From Mesotaenium endlicherianum (lineage: Eukaryota), in assembly GCA_009602735.1 (NCBI GenBank), contig WELA01001870.1, forward strand, positions 110,202 to 174,201: a stretch of DNA of 64,000 bases, read 5' to 3'. Both the position numbers and the translations under genes were made by a program. The notes below the pieces were generated by a model that saw nothing but the letters and a program-made list of their open reading frames with translations, did no database searches and was not told the DNA's origin. Below, piece after piece: positions 25,307-36,379 of this stretch (position 1 is its first letter; every line of letters begins with the position of its first letter).

Positions 25307-28300
25307 TGAAAGGGGAGAGGGTGCGGGGAGTGCGCCCATGCACACTCACGCACCCTCACCCGCGTGTGGAAGCGTGCACGAGGACCTTTCCTAGTTGCAT
25401 ACACAAGGTGGAGTGGCCTGGTGGTATGCCACCCTTGCAAGAGTTAGAGGGCTACATGAGAGAGGAGTGGAAAAGAACTCACTTTATTAAAAAAAGTCGT
25501 GTACAAGATACGAAGGTTAGACTAGAATAAGCCCCCTCTACTTCCTTGTGCTTCCCATTTATCCTTTAACTCTAAGTGTCCTCTCTAGCAAAGTACCCCC
25601 AGAACCTTCTCCTATGGCTCCTTCCATGTAGGTGACCTTGCCTAGTTGGACAAGCTAGCACACTCACACGCACACAATCACACTCTAGAATATTCTACTA
25701 CACAATCCACTAACTCCTCACGGAGTTTCTAGAAATTCCACGATCACTTTGGCACTCTACGTAATTGTACGTACTTTCTGGAACCCTCATGTTTCAATGT
25801 CCTACTTCCTGGACTCCAACCGAAATTTTCGTCACTGGACCTGTCCTTGTCACTAAATAGAATCTGTGACATTAAAAACTCACTAAAAACTCCCAAAATT
25901 CATAATTTTCTCAATACTTGTCCAAATGACTTGAAATAAAGGCCAAAGTTCTTCTAAAATCACACTCTATGCATATAAAATGCTTTAAAGATCAAACTAC
26001 AATGTGATAACCTTATATCATCCCCCTCCTCAAGATGCGACGTCCTCGGCGCATACTAAGCATAAGCGACGTCATATGAGGAATCGAGCTCACATATACG
26101 CTAGAAAAACACACATACACTTTTATTATACAAGTTGCTGGTCTTCAACAGGCTCCAGGATGATACTCATTACTCCAAATTTGCTCCACTTAGTGAAAGC
26201 TCCATCGCATACATTGGCTCCACACATGGCGTCTCTTAACACAAATGCATACTCTCTTCAACTCCTTCGTCTTGGAATAGGCTAATATCTTCATAAGGGC
26301 TGTAACATAGTCCCTCCATTATCTCCACATACTCCAAAGCTGGATCCAAGGCATAATAGTCCGCCAAATCGCCAAAATACTCATTCTTCGCCCTCTTGGA
26401 CAAGTGGCAACTCCTCGTCGCGCCATGTGGCTTACTCGTGGTGCTCTTATAATTTTGACCAGATTACATCATGAACCTGACTCCACTATGTTCCTGAACC
26501 TTCTGGTACACTTAGCTACCTCTAGCTCTACGCCATGCTCCTTGTAGAGGTATTGCATTCTCTCACTTGTGTGCGTGACTCGTGGTGACCTCTCAAGACG
26601 CCAAGTGGCACCCCCCTGACTTTTTCTGACATTTTTAGCCTGAAAGTTGTGTAATCTACATAATATCTCCCCTCTAAACTCACTGGTATGCTTTGTTTTT
26701 TTTCATTTCAAGCCTAAGACCATGATACCAGATTGCGCCTTGCCTCACACATGTGGCTCGCACGGCAGTCCAGCAGACCGCCATGTGGCACTGTCAGGAC
26801 TTAAATTAATATTTTTATTAAAAAAGTTACTTTTCCTAAATCTCAACCCATAGGACAACCTCTCCACAAAATTTCAGAATCTGAATCTAAGTCTAACACT
26901 CAAACGAGATCGTCACTTTGTGCCTAAAGCTCGTAGGACGCACACGCGCGCAACACGTATCAAGCTCCCGCGCCTACAAATGGCACATGCTTAAACCCCT
27001 GATTCTGAAACTTGACTCTGACTCAGGGCAGGCCTCATACTACGCCTCTCACATCATGTAGGACTTCTAGTGAAAATATTACCCACTCTCTCCTAAGTAG
27101 GCAAAAAGCAGCCAAAATCTGCCAACTTTAAACCTCGCGCTCGCCTACCCGTAAAACCCTCAAACATGGACAGATTTGAGTATCTTCCAAGCACTTGCTC
27201 TCAAACTTCTTTCCACTTCACATCTCTTAGTTACAAATGAACTCATGGGACTGGCTTGACCTTGCTTACAAGCACTATAAACAACTATAACACTCCCTCC
27301 CCTCATCATGAAGGTTAGGTGCTTACCACTCTAGTGTCCAAGTCCAGATTTTAAGCCCTCTCGTGCTTGCTTGTATAGGCGCTGATTCTCCTAGCTTCAT
27401 GTCCAGGTCTTTGTCATATATCTCCATCTTAGGCAGGACATATCAGTCCCATAACACTTGGTCTCCTCCTCATAGGTCCATATCCATAAAGTCGTAGTCT
27501 CCATCAAGCGACGATAATAATCTTCACAAGGCATGAGCGCGTAGTCTCGCTCGTGGTGCACCAAACTCCATCATAGTCTTCTCCTTGGCTAGATGCTCAC
27601 TCCCACATACCTCTGGCTCTTCTTAAAGGTCAGCCTTCACACAAGGCTCCAAGAAACACATCTGGAACGCCTCCATAAGCTCCATAACTTGGGCAAACGC
27701 ACATAGTCTTAGTGCTTGCACCTCATCTTGTGCTCGCACACACTTTGTCTTGCAAGCGGGCTTCTCTTGAGCTCACTTTCCAGGAGCTCCTCCACTTGAG
27801 CAGTTGGGGTCTGCTCTATATATGAGCAAGGGGATCATACACCTCTACTTGCTCCACCGGCGATGCGCGCTCGCCAAGGTTGTTAGGAGGCACGCTTGCT
27901 CCGTGTGATGACCGGGCCAAGGTCACCAAAACAAGCGCTTCTCCTTCACCTTCACCTTCCCGCGTCGCTTCTTTGCTAGCGGGCTGAAGATAGCTACTTG
28001 TGGTCATATCTACCTCCACCTATTTCACTATCCTCACTTGACCATACTCCTCCTCGGTCTTCACTTGACCCGTGCACTAAAGCACTAGAGGATAGGCTAC
28101 TCTCTTTGTGCAACTCCTTCCACATGCTTAGCTTCTTGAGTGCACTCTAGCCTTGGTCACCCCAATGACACTTTTTACTACTAAACCCAGCTTGCCTTGG
28201 TGCTCTACTTTCACATGAAGAGCTTCCATAGATGCACCAAAATCTGCCCCTTAACTATGCCATCACACAACTAATGGCACACACGCTTCAAGTGGGAGGC

Positions 28301-29984
28301 ATCTCTTGCACTAGCCCTCTTGCACCAACTTCATACCTTGCTTCTTCTTCCACACCATAGACTTGTCTTCATCATAGTTCTCAACTCCATATACTCCGTA
28401 GTACTCTCCTCCATAAGAAAAGAGAAATCTGAACTTGAAAGGCTCCATCTCCATCTCTCCTCTTTGAAGAAAAATCTCGAATACTTCTTCTTCTTGCTCC
28501 AAGCCTTCTCCACGATGCTTCTCTTCACTTGAGGCTTCTTCAATCTCCATACAAGGTACCAAGCTCCATCATGGCTGGCCTCAAATCACCAGTGGCTACA
28601 TAGGAGTGATGCAAGGCAACCCAAATCTGGCCACATACTTGGCCAACTTGGTGCAACACCCCAGTGCACCCTCTCTTGAGCTTCTCATGAGCACCTCTTG
28701 AGCTTGCGAATGCTATGCTCGCCAAAGCTCCTCGACTTGCAAGTACACATGCTTGCTAAGTCCCCGGTTGCCTACCCTTAAAATCTGCTCCACCTTCATT
28801 GAAGATCTGAAATAAAGATGGGCACACACTCCTTTCTAGCCACTATCACCTCTATGCTAAGCCCCCTCGTCAAAGAAAGAGCTTAACACTAAAGAGCTTG
28901 CATCTTCAAGGAAGAATCCAGCCGTGTGAACTCCAGATTCTCTTCATGCTCGTATGTCTCCATACTCAAGCAAAGGTTGCTCTATATTACTTATATCACT
29001 ACCATGCTTGGGCAAATCTTCTTATACTATAAAGAAGACGTACAAAAATCTGGTTGCATCCAAGTTAACACTTCTTGGAGCACCTCCCACTTCCCATCTT
29101 CTCCCTCCTTCAAGAAAGTGAGATGCTAGCTTGCATCAACGTCTTCATGGCTTCCCTTAGCAACTTATAAATCATCCTTGCTTCTCCTCTCTACCCTCTC
29201 TACACTCCTACAAGCATCACCAACCAAAGCTCCCTCCTCCAAATGAAGCAACTAGGTAGCTCCGATACCATGTGAAAGGGGAGAGGGTGCGGGGAGTGCG
29301 TCCATGCACACTCACGCACCCTCACCCGCGTGTGGAAGCGTGCACGAGGACCTTTCCTAGTTGCATACACAAGGTGGAGTGGCCTGGTGGTATGCCACCC
29401 TTGCAAGAGTTAGAGGGCTACATGAGAAAGGAGTGGAAAAGAACTTACTTTATTAAGAAAAGTCGTGTACAAGATACGAAGGTTAGACTAGAATAAGCCC
29501 CCTCTACTTCCTTGTGCTTCCCATTTATCCTTTAACTCTAAGTGTCCTCTCTAGCAAGGTACCTCCAGAACCTTCTCCTATGGCTCCTTCCATGTACTTG
29601 ACCTTGCCTAGTTGGACAAGCTAGCACACTCACACGCACACAATCACACTCTAGAATATTCTACTACACAATCCACTAACTCCTCACGGAGTTTCTAGAA
29701 ATTCCACGATCACTTTGGCACTCTACGTAATTGTACGTACTTTCTGGAACCCTCATGTTTCAATGTCCTACTTCCTGGACTCCAACCGAAATTTGTCACT
29801 GGACCTGTCCTTGTCACTAAATAGAATCTGTGACATTAAAAACTCACTAAAAATCCCCAAAATTCATAACTTTCTCAATACTTGTCAAAATGACTTGAAA
29901 TAAAGGCCAAAGTTCTTCTAAAATCACACTCTATGCATATAAAATGCTAGAAAGATCAAACTACAATGTGATAATCTTATACGA
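25307..29984 (-). mobile_element. Non-autonomous (LARD/TRIM-like) LTR retrotransposon nested in repeat B1; LTRs 25307-26020 and 29273-~29984
   Basis: Two near-identical ~710 bp LTRs. PBS TGGTATCGGAGC (tRNA-iMet type) at 29259-29270 on the minus strand. PPT GAGGAGGGGGA at 26021-26031. The 3.2 kb interior has no long ORF. The sequence on either side rejoins to rebuild repeat B. Confidence 0.9.
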
Positions 29985-30096
29985 TGGCTGGGGGTTGACC
30001 CATTCCCGGTCTGCCTGCACTGGCATCGTGCGGTGGCGCATTCCACACTTGGTAGAAATCTCCAAAAAGGTTATCTTATACTCAGTTTCCCTTACA

Positions 30097-30107
30097 CCCC
30101 TCCCTTT
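30097..30107 (-). promoter_or_regulatory. Polypurine tract (AAAGGGAGGGG) directly before the TG start of repeat B1
   Basis: Plus-strand cccctcccttt lies between the integrase stop and the ...cttaca end of B1. Confidence 0.75.
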
Positions 30108-30142
30108 CAGCTGAGGCGTCCTTGCCTTTCTGTTGAAAGCTT

Positions 30143-31681
30143 CTATCTCTTAGCTCTGCGCCTGGGGGTTTTAGGAAGGCAGTCAGGACATTCCCACTGT
30201 CCTGCCATAATCTCTTCTTCACCAATGCAGAAGGTGTGCCAACGAGCACTACACTTATCGCAAGTTACCATTGTTTCTTGATCATCCAGCACTTTGCAGC
30301 TGGCACAGGGCGTGGCTAGCACCAATTTCTCGGGCATAGCCTTAATCGTAGGATCGATATTGGGCAAATGGCACAGCGAGCAGTTCTGCACGTGATCTCT
30401 CATGATCTTACCATCAGAATCTTCCAGTTCCAACACACCATTGTCGAACGCATGTTTCACGCGTAAGATCACTGCACCTGAACTGGTGTCGATGGTGGTC
30501 TTAGTCTGGCGTTTGCGGTAGACGAAGTCTCCTTCCTGGATCTGCGTCATCTGCAGGCGATAGCTTCCATCTCGCGTCCTGGCATACCGCTGTGTGTCTC
30601 TTTTCTGCGCAATTATTAGATTGCCCAGGGCAGCAGGCATCATGCGTTCAAACAACGCCTTGCGGCGTACCATCACCTTTAGCAGTTCGTCAGGGCTGTC
30701 CAGGTCTTTCACCTGTTCAATCTCCTGTTTGATGCTGCTGGGCACAACTGGACTTCTTCCAAACAGAATCTGATAAGGCGAGTAACTCGCCAAAGCAGCT
30801 TGCTTGCTAAATATGTAATCCATAACCAGCCATGGCAGGGCCAGATCCCAATCACGCTTATCATGCTCAAGGCATAATTTGCGCAAAGCAGACTTCATGG
30901 TTTGCACCATCCGTTCTGCTAGACTATCTGCTTGTGGGTGGTCTCTAGACGTAGTGCGATGGTCAATGAAGCATCTGTCCAAGAGTCTCTGAAAAAATCC
31001 TTGAAACTCCGACCCTTGGTCTGTCAGCACTTCTGCAGGAGCTCCATGACGTACAATCACACCGTTGAGGAGCGCTTCCGCGGTCCTCAAACTCTCCTTA
31101 GCAGTTAGAGGCACAACTTCTATCCACTTAGGAAAATGCTCAATCATGACCATAATGTACTTGTTACCTCGCTTGGACAGCGGTAGCTCACCGGCGAGAT
31201 CGCAGCTCCACCGATAGCCTAGGCCCATCATTGGCAAAGATTGCAAGTGTGGATGTTGCTGTGTAAACCCAGCCTTGACGCGATCACAGCTTTGACAAGC
31301 CTTGATCACATCCTCACACTGCTGCTTCATGCCCCTCCACCAGTGAGACAGCTCCAGAAGATTGTACGTCTTTTTGAAACCATAGTGTCTAGTATTCTCG
31401 TGCATTTCTTGCACCAGAGCTCGCCTTTTGGTGGGTTCTGGCACCAAATTCTCCTGACCAGTTTCTTCAATCTTGAAGAGGTTATTGCGTTTCCAGCAAA
31501 ACCGTTTAGCTCGATGGCTCACCTGGTCCTTTTCTTTCATCGATAATCCTTCCATGTGGACTCCCGTCTTGAGCCAATGCATAGTGGCTTGTTCTTTCCA
31601 GATCTCTGGACTGAACAGGGGTAGAGGCTCAGCTTCTCCTGACGCTACCATTCTAGCCATCTCAGCCAGGCAGGCTGCCAA
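30143..31681 (-). CDS. Retrotransposon integrase (HHCC zinc domain + DDE core) with C-terminal PHD finger
   Basis: HENTRHYG...CQSC (HHCC); WSCDLAG, LTDQGSEF and LAERMVQ (D, D, E); CASC...VTCDKCSARWHTFCI...WECPDC (C4HC3). Confidence 0.93.
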   Translation of the reverse strand: MAACLAEMARMVASGEAEPLPLFSPEIWKEQATMHWLKTGVHMEGLSMKEKDQVSHRAKRFCWKRNNLFKIEETGQENLVPEPTKRRALVQEMHENTRHYGFKKTYNLLELSHWWRGMKQQCEDVIKACQSCDRVKAGFTQQHPHLQSLPMMGLGYRWSCDLAGELPLSKRGNKYIMVMIEHFPKWIEVVPLTAKESLRTAEALLNGVIVRHGAPAEVLTDQGSEFQGFFQRLLDRCFIDHRTTSRDHPQADSLAERMVQTMKSALRKLCLEHDKRDWDLALPWLVMDYIFSKQAALASYSPYQILFGRSPVVPSSIKQEIEQVKDLDSPDELLKVMVRRKALFERMMPAALGNLIIAQKRDTQRYARTRDGSYRLQMTQIQEGDFVYRKRQTKTTIDTSSGAVILRVKHAFDNGVLELEDSDGKIMRDHVQNCSLCHLPNIDPTIKAMPEKLVLATPCASCKVLDDQETMVTCDKCSARWHTFCIGEEEIMAGQWECPDCLPKTPRRRAKR

Positions 31682-31749
31682 TTCTGATGGGCTGCTCGGA
31701 TCTTCGTCTTCTTAAGCTCCCGTTTTGTCGTCTGCGGATGGGTCTGGGT

Positions 31750-33090
31750 TCGTGCTGAGTCCATCGGCGTCGTTGTTGAGTATACCTACCCAATGTATCA
31801 CTGTCATCTGGTACTCCTGGAGCTTAAGAGCCCAGCGAGCCAATTTACCAGTGAGGTCTCCATTCTTCATCAGCCAGAGTAACGGCGAGTGATTTGTAAT
31901 CAGCGTGAAGGGTCTTCCCCATAGATACTCTCTGAAATGTGCGACAGCCTAAACCACTGCCAGTAGCTCTCCTTCGTAGGACGAGTAATTGCTCTCCGCT
32001 CGGTTGTTAGAGCGCGAGGCATAGGCAACAACATACTCCTCTCTAGGACTTGCGGCCTGAATGAGTACTGCGCTGATTCCGACACGACTCTAGTCAGTGT
32101 GTAGACTGAACGGCTTGGAGTAGTCGAGCGTTCACAAAATTGGGGCCGTTACCAGCCGCTCCTTGAGCTCGTTCATGGCCTTCTCCTGGGCTTCCGCCCA
32201 CACAAAAGGTACGTCCTTTTTCAGGAGTTCTGTCAAGGGTTTAGCAATTTTGCTATAGTCCTTCACAAATTTACGATAATATTCGCTTAGTCCTAACAGG
32301 GCTTTCAGCTTAGACACATTCGCTGGTGCAGGTATCTTGTAAATGGCTTCAGCCTTTAGCCTGAGGGGACATAGCATTGTTGCCAATATCATGTCCTAAG
32401 TAAGGCACATGTGCCTCAAAGAATCTGCACTTTCCAGGGTGCAGCGTCATCTGGAATTTCTCCAGGCGCTGGAACACTTGTTCCAAGTGCTCGAGGTGCT
32501 CTTCTATGGACTTGCTGAATACCACTACGTCATCAATGTATGGTTTTGCCAAATCCAGCCCCTCCAGCACTTTGTCCATAGTCCTCTGAAAAAAAGACTG
32601 GGGCATTTTTCAGCCCAAACGGCATTACCGTCCATTGCCAAAGTTCCCTTTGAGCCCAGAAAGCGGTCTTACCTCGATCCTCTGTTTTCACAGGGATCTG
32701 GTTGAAGCCTTGGCGTAGATCGATGATGCTGAACACCTTCCCAGTGGTAGCAATCGCAAAGATTCGTTCTGGTGTAGGCATCACATAGCTGTCTGGCTCT
32801 GTGTGAAGATTCAAACGTCTGTAGTCTCCACACATACGAGTGGCGGTATAATTGCCAGCCTTGTCCTTCTTGGCAACTACTATTGTGGGAGCTCCACGTA
32901 CTGAGGTTGATTTCTCAATCATACCGAGCTTGTGCAGCTCCTGGCAAGTTTTCTTCACACAGTCCCGTTCTGTCTGACTGAGCTTATGCGGCCCAAGTCT
33001 GACTGGGTTATCAGTAGTTAGTGTGATCTCACATACACTGGCAGTGGTTCTACCAAGCTCCTCCTTGGTAAAAGCAAACACCTTGTGGTG
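31750..33090 (-). pseudogene. Ty3/Gypsy reverse transcriptase and RNase H, disrupted by frameshifts and stops
   Basis: RMCGDYRRLN, IDLRQGFNQIPV, KTAF, VMPFGLKNAP, YIDDVVVFS, LGLSEYYRKFVKDYSKIAKPL and LVTAPIL are split over three frames. RNase H remnants YASRSN...YSSYEGELLAVV and ARWALKLQEY follow. Confidence 0.92.
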
Positions 33091-33099
33091 CTTCTTCAG

Positions 33100-35395
33100 C
33101 AGCCTTTCTACTTGTGCTCTCTGTTAGGTTGAAACCATTTTTCCAATGGTGAAAACCTGAGTTTCCAGCTGCTTTTCCCCAACACAGGCATCCAGTAGTT
33201 GCTACTCTTTGGGTTCAGGTGGGGGTTTTTCGCCCTCATCCTAACCTTCATGCTTTTCTCCCTGATTGTTAGGAGGTGGAGTGGCAGGCTTCTTAGCTTG
33301 CTCCTTCGCTGCTTTAGGCTTGGCGGCCTGCTTCCTAGGCTTTTCACCTTTTTCGATGGATCGTTGACTCTCATGTTGAGTGGGGTATGTCAGACGTCTC
33401 CGGATGGGCTGCCTCAAGAACCTTTCTTCATCTGCAGCAGTCCAGCTGGTCCCTGTTCCTCCCTCTTCACGTGGCGGGGGCGGATTTGGCAACGGCCACC
33501 CTGCTGGATCTGCTCTGGGGTCGATTGTCCAACCCCATTCGCGCTCAATAGTAGTAATGCGCCAACGGTTGTGCGAAACTCCTCCCTGGCTGGTGGCGTA
33601 ACCGTCCATGCTTGTGTCAAAGTCTGCTGTCTTTGAGCCGCAGCTAGTTGTGCGTATACAGCATCTTCTGCTGTCAAGCGGCTTATGGTGCTTCTCAGCT
33701 CTACCAGTTCCCTTTCAGAAACTGCAGATGTCCTAGGGGCTGAACTGTCCTTTTCCCACGTTTCAGCGGCTGAAGGACGCACCATGGGAATGTGAATTCC
33801 CAGTGCCATGGCTTTGCGAATCAAGCCATCCTCTCCTTCTCTTTGCAAAATCTCCAAGATAGGTTGCAGAGGTGGAGCCATGGTTCCTTTTGGAACCCCT
33901 TCTCTTTGAGCTGTTCCTCTATACTTGAGATAACGCATCAGCATCCGCCTGAAAGGTGCATTCCCTTCCCGGGCTACCTTCCTTGTTCTGCTTGCGCGAC
34001 CGCGAGGATTACCTTGTGTTGGTTCCACCTTAGCGGTACAGGCACCACTTTTTGCGACTGTTGTAGCTGATGGGGAATAGATTCTGGTGCTGGAAAACTG
34101 GCAGTTGGGGTGCTGGATGTAGGCGACCTCAGATCGTTGTACAGATCTGATGGACTGGGCCCCTCCATTATCAAGTGGTCGGCCACCCAGTCATCCGTCC
34201 TGAGCTCTTGTAGCTCCAACAAATCCAGCTCTGGGGTAGGAAAACGTGGAATTTCTTCCTGTATCTCCTCTTCATTGGTGATTGGCGGCAGGTCAAACCC
34301 TGGAAAGTCTGGCATTTCTGCGTCATCTTCAACTGACTTCTCCACTCCAGGTGGTGGCGGCTCTTCATCATTATCTGTGTTGAGGTTCGCCAAGTTGACA
34401 ATGGCTGATTGAAGCGTGCTTGCTGCCTTAGCCACTTCCTTTTCCTTGTGTTGTCGAGCGTCTGCTTTTAGCAGCTGCTCAATGATCTGCCTCGTAATGG
34501 ATTCAACTGTTTGACTAGCTAAACCCTGCTGTTGCCCCTTAGCCTGCGGCTCTGGGCTCACCAAAGCAGGTGTTGTAGACAATCTCTTGTCCAACTCCTC
34601 CTGGCGTTCTTTGAATATCACTTCGAGGCATATGGTCTTTGCAGACCCTCCAGAATCTCCTGAATTTTGGCTACTCTCTTCAGCCCATTCACCAATATTG
34701 CACTGGCTTTCTCGCCCTAATGCTTGGTTTAGATAATGTCCAATTTCTTCAGGCGTTGGCTCAAGAGTCTTCTTCTCAGACTCTTCTGACATGTCTTGTA
34801 ACGGCGCTTGCTCTGGTGAAGACGACAGACACTGTTGGTTAGCTTCCCAGCTACTTGAGCTTTCCTGCCAGTAGTCTCCGTGCCCAGCTGCTCTTGGGCT
34901 GAGGTTGGTATCATGCCCTGATCCGGCATCTTCTGGAGTCTCCTCACGTCTTGATGTCGTGGCTCCGGAAGGTGAGCTCCCAAATATCTGGCTGTGAGTG
35001 GCGTTTCTCACAGATGATGGGGTGTCCTGCGTATCGTCTTCTGCAGTTGGCAGCGGCGTTGCCTGCTCAGGCGCCTAGTCCCCCATGGGTGCATCTTCTC
35101 TTTCCAGAGGTGCTTGTGATTCATTGGTCCGGTTATCAATCTGGTCCAACAGATCCTGGCATCTCCTAAATTCAGCCACCCTAGCTTCCCTGAGTACTCT
35201 GTCTCTGGCAGCTTCCGTTGCGTCTCTTTGCGCACCGTATTCTTCTTGTTGCTGGTGTGCCGTCCTGATAGCTCTTTGATCAGATGTTAGCACCACATTG
35301 ACTCCAATTGTCACTGGTCTTGTCCTTGGCATAGGCTTGTCAGTGAAAGTCAGCTGCTGCCATGTCATGATTGTTTCCACCAACCAAGTCATAGA
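33100..35395 (-). pseudogene. Unassigned acidic/Pro-rich pol linker (~750 codons) between the methyltransferase and RT
   Basis: Consecutive minus-strand ORF fragments 35075-35392, 33974-35011, 33414-34028 and 33241-33609; no domain recognised. Confidence 0.55.
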
Positions 35396-35398
35396 GTG

Positions 35399-36340
35399 CT
35401 ACCCAATCATGTTGCCGAAAATATTTGCAGCTTCATCTGACCCTACAGCACCGGCTATATGCCCAACTATGTTGTCGGGTATTCCAAGGCATTTGCCTTT
35501 CTCTACCGCAGTAGGCTCTCTCCAAACGGCGTTTCGTTCATGCATGTCTTTGACCATTTCTGGTCCACCTTCTATGGAGGCTCGGGATCTTGGATATGCT
35601 GTGAAGGTTGGCAGTACCACCCTTGGCTGACCTGGTTCATTGATGACACACTGTGGATAGGAATCCCTCCTGACCACTGGTCTGGTATGCATCGCCAGCG
35701 CCTTTTCCACTGTCAATGTCGTTGGTGATTGCCGTGTAATGTCCTCCATCTCCCTCAGGACCTCAATAGACATGCCATTGGTCCAAAATATCCTGGCCCT
35801 ATGGGATGATCCTCCGTGCTTGGCGTCGTTGATTAGCAACATGATGGCCCAAAGTGGAGTCAAAAATCAGCCATGGTTCTCCCGGCTTCATCTGCTTGTA
35901 ATCCATTCTTAGATGTACATTCTCAATCACAAACACTGGTGGCTAGTAGTGCTGCCGTTCCCGCAGCATGCTAATGATTTTCACCATCCATCCCCAGTGT
36001 TGTGCTCGTGGATCACTGAATCCCCTCCGATTTTCAGCTTGAGAAAACGGTTGACAAGGAAATCCAGCAAAGATCCAGTCAATTATGTAGCCATACAGGT
36101 ACTCAAACTTCACATCGATAATGTTGCCTCCGGCGATGCTCTCGACATTGCTATATGCGGGCGCCAACCCTTTATAATGATGCATTTGCCGCATCTGACT
36201 CATGACTTCTTGGAATGCTAGAAAAGCGTGGTCGTCATTGTCCACATGCAGGACTTTGGCCACCTGTATTCCTCGCTGGATCAATGCTATGGTCCCAGAC
36301 CCAAGTCCGGCGAATAACTCCAACACCACTACTCCCCTCT
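35399..36340 (-). pseudogene. C5 cytosine DNA methyltransferase domain (DNMT3-like) embedded in pol, frameshifted
   Basis: Motif I VLELFAGLG; motif IV IFAGFPCQPFS; motif VI VIENV (~35912-35929, shifted frame); motif VIII DAKHGGSSHRARIFWTN; motif IX REPTAVEKGKCLGIP; motif X IFGN. The motifs are in canonical order. Confidence 0.9.
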
Positions 36341-36379
36341 TGTGAAAAGGATCTTCCATCCTGACAATGCCTTGCGGCA

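Noticed and set aside
24048..25530. Short ORFs repeated in A and in the LTR copies (e.g. MQGWHTTRPL...)
   Set aside because: They recur only because the repeats are duplicated; frames are not maintained between copies.
25302..29990. GGCTG as the TSD of the nested LTR element
   Set aside because: The right LTR end is altered and the uninterrupted B2 already contains GGCTGGCTG, so the duplication cannot be confirmed.
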